Shown here: positions 17,042 through 22,579 of the stretch, piece by piece
Position numbering within the stretch: position 1 is the first letter of the stretch
Layout: each line of letters begins with the position of its first letter
Program-made: the position numbers and the translations under genes
The notes under the pieces: generated by a model
The model's input: the letters and a program-made list of their open reading frames with translations, nothing else
The model's database searches: none
What the model was told of the DNA's origin: nothing
Origin: Leptotrichia hongkongensis
Lineage (GTDB): Bacteria > Fusobacteriota > Fusobacteriia > Fusobacteriales > Leptotrichiaceae
Assembly (NCBI RefSeq): GCF_041538065.1
Contig: NZ_JBGORW010000001.1
Span: 54,790-78,789 of the forward strand
Length of the DNA stretch: 24,000 nucleotides
Direction of reading: 5' to 3'

Positions 17042-17045
17042 TTTT
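17002..17045 (+). terminator. Intrinsic terminator between the promoter and the Abi gene
   Basis: A perfect 8-bp stem GTCTTGTC/GACAAGAC, plus three further inner pairs, followed by TTTTTTGTTTT (17035-17045). It directly abuts the SD AAGGAG (17046-17051). Confidence 0.6.
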
Positions 17046-17058
17046 AAGGAGAAGGGGA

Positions 17059-18003
17059 ATGAAAGAGGAAAATTATTTATTAGAACAACAAATAGAAATT
17101 TTAAAAGAAAAAGGATTGATAATAAAAGATACGGCTTTAGGGAAGCAAATTTTACAACATTTTAATTTTTTTGATATTATTAAAGTGTATAAAAATTTAT
17201 TTATAGTAAATAATGTTTTTGTCAAAAATACAACTATAGAAAAGGTATTTTTGTTTTATCATTATGATAGAGGGATTCAAAATATATTATTTAAATATAG
17301 TGTGTATATAGAAAGAATATTTAAAAATAGACTGGCAGAGATTCTATCACAAGAAATTGGAATAACTAAACAAGAATATTTAAAAATAGAAAATTATACG
17401 GTAAGAAATAATAATAATTTAATTTTAAATAATACGTTAAAGGAAATAAGAGATGTAGAAGGTATTTCAGAACATCCAAGTATTTTATTAAAAAAAATAA
17501 CTTTTAGCACAACAATAAATTTGTATAATTTTTTAAATGAAAAATTAAAGGAAAAAATGATATATTTTAATTATAAGGATAATGAAAAGCAACAAGCGAA
17601 AAATTTGTTTAGAAATAGCCTTTATATAATTAGAAGGTATCGAAATGAAATAGCACACTCAATGGATTTTATAAATTATAGAGCTGAAAGATATATAATT
17701 TTTAGATATTTAAAAAAAATATTGAATGAATACGGATATATAAAATTAATGAACAAGAACGATTATTCCAAGAGACAAAGAGGTCCTAACGATATTTTTT
17801 CGATGATGTTGTCAGTAATACTGTTGTTAGGAAATGAATTTTTGAGAATAGAAATGCTAAAGGAATTAGAAATGTTTATAAATAAAGAAAATAAAGAAAA
17901 ATTTAAAAGTTATGCTGAAATTACAAATCTTCCTGATAATTTTTTAGATAGATTGCAAGAAACATTAAAAGAAAAAAAGAATAATTACTTATTTAGAAGT
18001 TAA
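17059..18003 (+). CDS. Abi_2-family (AbiD/AbiF-like) HEPN-domain protein, putative abortive-infection RNase/toxin
   Basis: A 314-aa protein. Its N-terminus LLEQQIEILKEKGLIIKD...A...L...NFF and the FLFYHYDRGIQNILFKYSVYIERIFKNRLAE block match the Abi_2 pattern by eye. The HEPN R-x4-H motif RNEIAH, within IIRRYRNEIAHS, lies at 17641-17658. Confidence 0.7.
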   Translation: MKEENYLLEQQIEILKEKGLIIKDTALGKQILQHFNFFDIIKVYKNLFIVNNVFVKNTTIEKVFLFYHYDRGIQNILFKYSVYIERIFKNRLAEILSQEIGITKQEYLKIENYTVRNNNNLILNNTLKEIRDVEGISEHPSILLKKITFSTTINLYNFLNEKLKEKMIYFNYKDNEKQQAKNLFRNSLYIIRRYRNEIAHSMDFINYRAERYIIFRYLKKILNEYGYIKLMNKNDYSKRQRGPNDIFSMMLSVILLLGNEFLRIEMLKELEMFINKENKEKFKSYAEITNLPDNFLDRLQETLKEKKNNYLFRS

Positions 18004-18067
18004 TTTTTATTTGTATTTTTAATATTTGGAAAATTAAACAAGATTATAAAAAAGGAAATATAAAAAA

Positions 18068-19291
18068 ATGAATTTATTTGACGAAGTATATGAAGATAAG
18101 AAGCCGCTGGCATTTAGATACCGTCCAAAAAGTCTTGATGATTTTTATGGGCAGAAGAGATTGGTTGGGGAAAATGGGATTTTGAGAAAGATTATTGAAC
18201 GAGGAAACTTTATGAATGCGATTTTCTGGGGAGCACCGGGAACGGGGAAAACTACACTTGCAGAAATAATCGCTGATAAAATGAATTACCATTACGAATA
18301 TTTGAATGCTATAAAAGCCTCTGTAACAGATATAAAGAATATTTCTGATAAGGCACATAGCAGCTTTCACACAAATGGACAGCAGACATTACTATTTTTA
18401 GATGAAATTCATAGATTTAACAAGCTGCAGCAGGATTCACTACTTGAAGATTTGGAAAATGGAAATATTATTTTAATTGGAGCTACTACTGAAAATCCTT
18501 ATTACAGCTTGAATAACGCGTTATTATCACGGTGTATGGCATTTGAATTTAAGAAATTGAGTGAGGATGATTTGCTTAAAATATTGAGAAATATTAATGA
18601 AAAGGAGAATTTTGGGATTTCAGATGATATTTTGGGATATATTTCGGAAATAATTGAAGGGGATGCAAGGCAGGTTATAAACATTTTGGAACTAATTACA
18701 AATGTTGGAGTGGAGTTTACGCTGGAAGAAGTGAAGGAAATTTTGAATACAAAAAAATCATATCATAAGACAGAAGACAAGTACAATACAATTTCAGCAA
18801 TGATAAAAAGCATTCGTGGAAGCGATCCTGATGCGGCTGTCTACTGGATGGCGAAAATGCTATCTGGCGGAGAAGATATTTTATATATCGCAAGAAGACT
18901 TGTAATTTTGGCTTCTGAAGACATTGGGCTTGCAAATCCGCAGGCTTTACCAGTTGCTGTGGCAGGACTTAATGCGATAAAGGAAATTGGAATGCCTGAA
19001 GCTAGAATCATCTTATCCGAAGTAGCAATCTATCTTGCAATTTCTCCCAAGAGCAATTCAGCCTACAATGCTATAAATTCAGCACTAAGCCACATTGAAA
19101 ATGAAAAAATTCAGGAAGTACCAGTTCATCTCACAAAAGTTGGAGCAAAAGACTACAAATATCCACACAATTATGAAAATCATTATGTAGACCAAATTTA
19201 TATGAATGAAAAAATCAAGTTTTACGAGCATGGGGAAAATAAATTTGAAAAGGCGGCAGATGAGTGGTTGAGGAAGATTAAGAAAAAGTAG
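18068..19291 (+). CDS. rarA: Replication-associated recombination protein A (AAA+ ATPase MgsA/RarA)
   Basis: Walker A GAPGTGKTT, Walker B LLFLDEIHRFNK, IGATTENPY, and the C-terminal MgsA-specific region (DPDAAVYWMAKML..GEDILYIARRL...ASEDIGLANP) are all present. Confidence 0.9.
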   Translation: MNLFDEVYEDKKPLAFRYRPKSLDDFYGQKRLVGENGILRKIIERGNFMNAIFWGAPGTGKTTLAEIIADKMNYHYEYLNAIKASVTDIKNISDKAHSSFHTNGQQTLLFLDEIHRFNKLQQDSLLEDLENGNIILIGATTENPYYSLNNALLSRCMAFEFKKLSEDDLLKILRNINEKENFGISDDILGYISEIIEGDARQVINILELITNVGVEFTLEEVKEILNTKKSYHKTEDKYNTISAMIKSIRGSDPDAAVYWMAKMLSGGEDILYIARRLVILASEDIGLANPQALPVAVAGLNAIKEIGMPEARIILSEVAIYLAISPKSNSAYNAINSALSHIENEKIQEVPVHLTKVGAKDYKYPHNYENHYVDQIYMNEKIKFYEHGENKFEKAADEWLRKIKKK

Positions 19292-19375
19292 GGCTTATCA
19301 TGAATTTATAGCTAAATAATAGATAATTTTGTGCTAAATTTTAAAAGTAAACACATATTAAAATAAAAAGGTGTT

Positions 19376-19407
19376 AAAAGACTGTCTTGTATTTAAGACA
19401 GTTTTTT
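19376..19407. terminator. Intrinsic terminator after rarA (bidirectional architecture)
   Basis: ACTGTCTT (19381-19388) pairs with AAGACAGT (19395-19402) around a 6-nt loop. It is flanked by AAAAG on the 5' side and TTTTT on the 3' side. Confidence 0.6.
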
Positions 19408-19433
19408 ATTTAAAAGTTAATAATTACACAACC

Positions 19434-19462
19434 TTGATAAATACAAGGGTTTGTGATAAAAT
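19434..19462 (+). promoter_or_regulatory. Putative purH promoter
   Basis: TTGATA (19434-19439), a 17-nt spacer, then the extended -10 TGaTAAAAT (19454-19462). Confidence 0.4.
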
Positions 19463-19497
19463 AAATTTAACAAAATATATTGGAGGAATGATGCCGA

Positions 19498-21018
19498 ATG
19501 AAAAAAAGAGCTTTGATTAGTGTCTTTGATAAGACTGGAATATTGGAATTTGCACAGTTTTTAAATCAAAAAGGTGTGGAAATTATTTCGACTGGAGGGA
19601 CTTACAAGTTTTTGAAGGAAAATGGGCTTTCTGTGATAGATGTTTCAGAAGTTACTAATTTTAAAGAAATGCTGGATGGTAGGGTAAAAACATTGCATCC
19701 GAATATTCATGGTGGAATTTTGGCAATTAGGAACAATAAGGAACATATGGATACGATTGCAAAAGAAGGAATAGAGACAATTGATTATGTTGTTGTTAAT
19801 CTTTATCCATTTTTCAGGGAAGTTCAGACAGATAAGACTTTTGATGAAAAAATCGAATTTATTGATATAGGTGGTCCTACAATGCTTCGTTCGGCTGCAA
19901 AATCATTCAAGGATGTTACAGTTATCTGCGAAACAGAAGACTATGAAAAAGTTATGGAAGAAATCAAAAATAATGGGGAAGTTTCATTTGAAACAAAAAA
20001 AAGATTGGCTGGGAAGGTGTTTAACTTGACATCAGCTTATGATGCGGCTATCTCTAATTTCTTGCTGGAAGAGGAATATCCAAAATATTTGAATGTTTCG
20101 TATGAAAAGAAATTTGACTTGAGGTATGGCGAAAACCCTCACCAATCGTCTGCATACTACGTTTCAACTACTGAAAATGGAAGTATGAAGGATTTTGTCC
20201 AGTTAAATGGAAAAGAATTGTCATTTAATAATATCAGGGATATGGATATTGCTTGGAAAGTGGCAAATGAATTTGATGAAATTGCCTGCTGTGCTGTAAA
20301 ACACTCGACTCCTTGCGGAGTAGCAGTTGCAGATGATGTTTTCACAGCTTACAAAAAAGCCCATGATTGTGATCCAGTATCAATTTTTGGCGGAATTGTT
20401 GCGATTAATAGAGAAATCGATGCAAAAACTGCACAGGAACTGAATAAAATTTTCCTTGAAATCGTAATTGCCCCAGCATTTACTGATGAAGCTCTTGAAA
20501 TATTAAAATCCAAGAAAAATTTGAGAGTAATAAAATGCGAAGTTGCAAAACCGCAGGATAAAGTGGAATACGTAAAAGTTGATGGCGGAATATTAGTTCA
20601 GCAGACAAATCAGAAGATGATTGACAATATGGAAGTTGTAACGAAAAAACAGCCAACAGAGGAAGAATTAAAAGATATGGAACTTGGAATGAAAGTCGTA
20701 AAACACGTAAAATCAAATGCAATTGTGGTAGTAAAAGACGGAGCGGCAACAGGAGTTGGAACAGGACAGACAAACAGAATCTGGGCAACCCAGCACGCAC
20801 TTGAACATGCCAAAGGAGATTTAGAATCGCTAGAAGGAGCAGTTCTGGCATCAGACGCATTTTTCCCGTTCAGAGACTGTGTAGACGAAGCTGCAAAATA
20901 TGGTATCAAAGCATTAGTACAACCAGGTGGCTCAATTAGAGACAAAGAGTCAATCGAAGCTGCCGATGAACACGGAATGACAATGGTATTTACTGGCATC
21001 AGACACTTCAAACATTAA
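19498..21018 (+). CDS. purH: Bifunctional AICAR formyltransferase / IMP cyclohydrolase
   Basis: A 506-aa protein. It has the MGS-like N-terminus ([10 protein letters not shown]...GGT..L), the KTLHP.IHGGIL motif, and the AICARFT domain (LRYGENPHQ, ...KHSTPCG, C-terminal RHFKH). SD GGAGGA lies 10 nt upstream. Confidence 0.95.
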   Translation: MKKRALISVFDKTGILEFAQFLNQKGVEIISTGGTYKFLKENGLSVIDVSEVTNFKEMLDGRVKTLHPNIHGGILAIRNNKEHMDTIAKEGIETIDYVVVNLYPFFREVQTDKTFDEKIEFIDIGGPTMLRSAAKSFKDVTVICETEDYEKVMEEIKNNGEVSFETKKRLAGKVFNLTSAYDAAISNFLLEEEYPKYLNVSYEKKFDLRYGENPHQSSAYYVSTTENGSMKDFVQLNGKELSFNNIRDMDIAWKVANEFDEIACCAVKHSTPCGVAVADDVFTAYKKAHDCDPVSIFGGIVAINREIDAKTAQELNKIFLEIVIAPAFTDEALEILKSKKNLRVIKCEVAKPQDKVEYVKVDGGILVQQTNQKMIDNMEVVTKKQPTEEELKDMELGMKVVKHVKSNAIVVVKDGAATGVGTGQTNRIWATQHALEHAKGDLESLEGAVLASDAFFPFRDCVDEAAKYGIKALVQPGGSIRDKESIEAADEHGMTMVFTGIRHFKH

Positions 21019-21032
21019 AATTAAACAAATAT

Positions 21033-21061
21033 TTGTCTTTATAGATAAACTGTGTTAAAAT
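21033..21061 (+). promoter_or_regulatory. Putative CRISPR leader promoter
   Basis: TTGTCT (21033-21038), a 17-nt spacer, then the extended -10 TGtTAAAAT (21053-21061). It lies in the AT-rich 130-bp leader between the purH stop and repeat 1. Confidence 0.35.
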
Positions 21062-21148
21062 GCATAAAAAGGGGTAATCTATATCAAAATTTAAGAATAG
21101 AGGGACAATATAAAATTTAAAAAACTACATTATTCCATTATATGATGG

Positions 21149-21722
21149 GATATAGACTACCCCAATATCGAAGGGGACTAAAACCAGAAAAAATATTTCA
21201 ACTTATGTGAAAATTGGATATAGACTACCCCAATATCGAAGGGGACTAAAACTTGTTGAAGAAATAAAACCAAAAGTTTTTATTGATATAGACTACCCCA
21301 ATATCGAAGGGGACTAAAACAATAGTATTATAAATTAAAACAAAAAAAATAGATATAGACTACCCCAATATCGAAGGGGACTAAAACTATACAAAGGATT
21401 CTGCGAATGTCCTTATGGATATAGACTACCCAAATATCGAAGGGGACTAAAACAATATGACATACTAAATATGGATAAATTCTTAGATATAGACTACCCC
21501 AATATCGAAGGGGACTAAAACTATTTGCCTAATCTCTTTATCCATTTCTTTTTGATATAGACTACCCCAATATCGAAGGGGACTAAAACATCTTTTTTAA
21601 ACTTATCTGCACTCGCTTTTGATATAGACTACCCAAATATCGAAGGGGACTAAAACTCGTTATCTGTCTGACTACAATAGCATTGTAATATAGACTACTC
21701 CAATATCGAAAACTGAGAAAAA
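21149..21722 (+). CRISPR. CRISPR array with a type VI-A (Cas13a)-like repeat: 8 intact 36-nt repeats, 1 degenerate terminal repeat and 8 spacers of 30-32 nt
   Basis: The repeat is GATATAGACTACCCCAATATCGAAGGGGACTAAAAC. It starts at 21149, 21217, 21285, 21352, 21418, 21486, 21554 and 21621. A degenerate copy, AATATAGACTACTCCAATATCGAAAACTGAGAAAAA, lies at 21687-21722. The CCCC/GGGG stem and the 3' GGGGACTAAAAC match the Leptotrichia Cas13a direct-repeat consensus as I recall it (for example GATTTAGACTACCCCAAAAACGAAGGGGACTAAAAC). The plus-strand orientation follows from the repeat polarity and from the degenerate repeat lying distal to the AT-rich leader. Confidence 0.95.
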
Positions 21723-21777
21723 TAGATTTTATAGGGTTAATTTTGGTTTAAAAATATAAAAAATGGAGGAAACCAAA

Positions 21778-21963
21778 ATGAAAAAAATTTTTGTGATATT
21801 GACATTGGTATTTGTGAGTGCAAATACATTTTCAGAAACATTGAATTTTAAGAATTGTAAGGAAGCACGTGCAAAAGGATACAAAAATATAAAAAAAGGC
21901 GAGCCAGGATATGCAAAACATTTAGACAGGGATAAAGATGGTATAGCTTGTGAAAGTAAATAA
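21778..21963 (+). CDS. Small secreted protein with an Excalibur-type calcium-binding motif
   Basis: I prefer the ATG at 21778 (SD GGAGGA at 21766-21770 region, 7 nt spacing). A signal-peptide-like N-terminus (MKKIFVILTLVFVSANTFS) is followed by NCKEARAKGY...DRDKDGIACE, which fits the Excalibur pattern DxDxDGxxCE. Confidence 0.65.
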   Translation: MKKIFVILTLVFVSANTFSETLNFKNCKEARAKGYKNIKKGEPGYAKHLDRDKDGIACESK

Positions 21964-21972
21964 ATTAAATGT

Positions 21973-22006
21973 AGAGTTGTTTCTTGATAGAGATAACTCT
22001 TTTTTT
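21973..22006 (+). terminator. Intrinsic terminator
   Basis: AGAGTTGTTTC (21973-21983) pairs with GAGATAACTCT (21990-22000) as 11 bp, including G-U pairs, around a 6-nt loop. TTTTTT follows. Confidence 0.6.
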
Positions 22007-22142
22007 GAAATTAACAGATGGTAGGAGTGAAATAGATAAACTATGAAAGACAAAAAATTGAAAGGAATATTTTTTTTAATATATTTTTGTAACAAATGTT
22101 TGACATCTATACATAAATATAAAAAAGAAATTAAATATTAAA

Positions 22143-22171
22143 TTGACAAATTGAAAAAATTATGTTATTAT
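22143..22171 (+). promoter_or_regulatory. Putative tRNA promoter
   Basis: TTGACA (22143-22148), a 17-nt spacer, then the extended -10 TGtTATTAT (22163-22171). It lies about 30 nt upstream of the tRNA 5' end. Confidence 0.5.
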
Positions 22172-22201
22172 ACTTGAGGATTGTTAAATTAGTTATATAA
22201 T

Positions 22202-22278
22202 GGGACTGTAGCTCAACTGGTCAGAGCAACCGACTCTTAATCGGTAGGTTGTGGGTTCGATCCCCACCAGTCCCACCA
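22202..22278 (+). tRNA. tRNA-Lys (anticodon CUU), CCA-encoded
   Basis: Manual cloverleaf: acceptor GGGACTG/CAGTCCC; D arm GCTC-AACTGGTCA-GAGC; anticodon arm ACCGA-CTCTTAA-TCGGT (anticodon CTT); variable loop AGGTT; T arm GTGGG-TTCGATC-CCCAC; discriminator A followed by CCA. The total is 77 nt. Confidence 0.9.
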
Positions 22279-22310
22279 TCATCTTCTATAAAATAAAATA
22301 TTAATGTGTG

Positions 22311-22338
22311 ATAAGAGTTTTAGGCTCTTATTTTTTTT
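22311..22338 (+). terminator. Intrinsic terminator after the tRNA
   Basis: ATAAGAG (22311-22317) pairs with CTCTTAT (22325-22331) around a 7-nt loop, followed by TTTTTTT. Confidence 0.55.
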
Positions 22339-22579
22339 GCTATAAATTTAGTATTAATTATCATATTTTCTAAAATTTTTTTTAAGTGATTTTATGAAAA
22401 ATTCTTTAGATTTTTTGTAATACACTATACAATCTATATTATTTTAAAATTTTAAAAGACTTTAAAATAAAAAATATGGTATAATTTATTGAATAAAATA
22501 TATTTGAATATAAGATTGAATAAATATAGAAAATGTTTAGTAGTGAAAAATAAAAAATTAAAGAGGAGCAATGTTTTTT

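Noticed and set aside
16839-17058. ToxI-like tandem repeats (the type III antitoxin architecture) upstream of the Abi-like gene.
   Set aside because: I could find no tandem direct repeats of 30-40 nt, only a loose TTGAAAA(T)ATTGAT / TTGAAAAATGATAT similarity at 16850-16895, upstream of the promoter. The candidate RNA is a single structured unit, so a classical ToxIN-type array is not supported.
21185-21686. Self-targeting by CRISPR spacers against genes in this window.
   Set aside because: By-eye scanning found no convincing match of any of the 8 spacers elsewhere in the 24 kb. This is not an exhaustive search and should be repeated computationally on the whole genome.
22043-22141. Small 32-aa ORF (MKDKKLKGIFFLIYFCNKCLTSIHKYKKEIKY) between the Excalibur gene terminator and the tRNA promoter.
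   Set aside because: The nearest SD-like GGAG is 15 nt from the ATG. The ORF overlaps a TTGACA promoter-like element, has an AT-driven composition, and nothing supports conservation.
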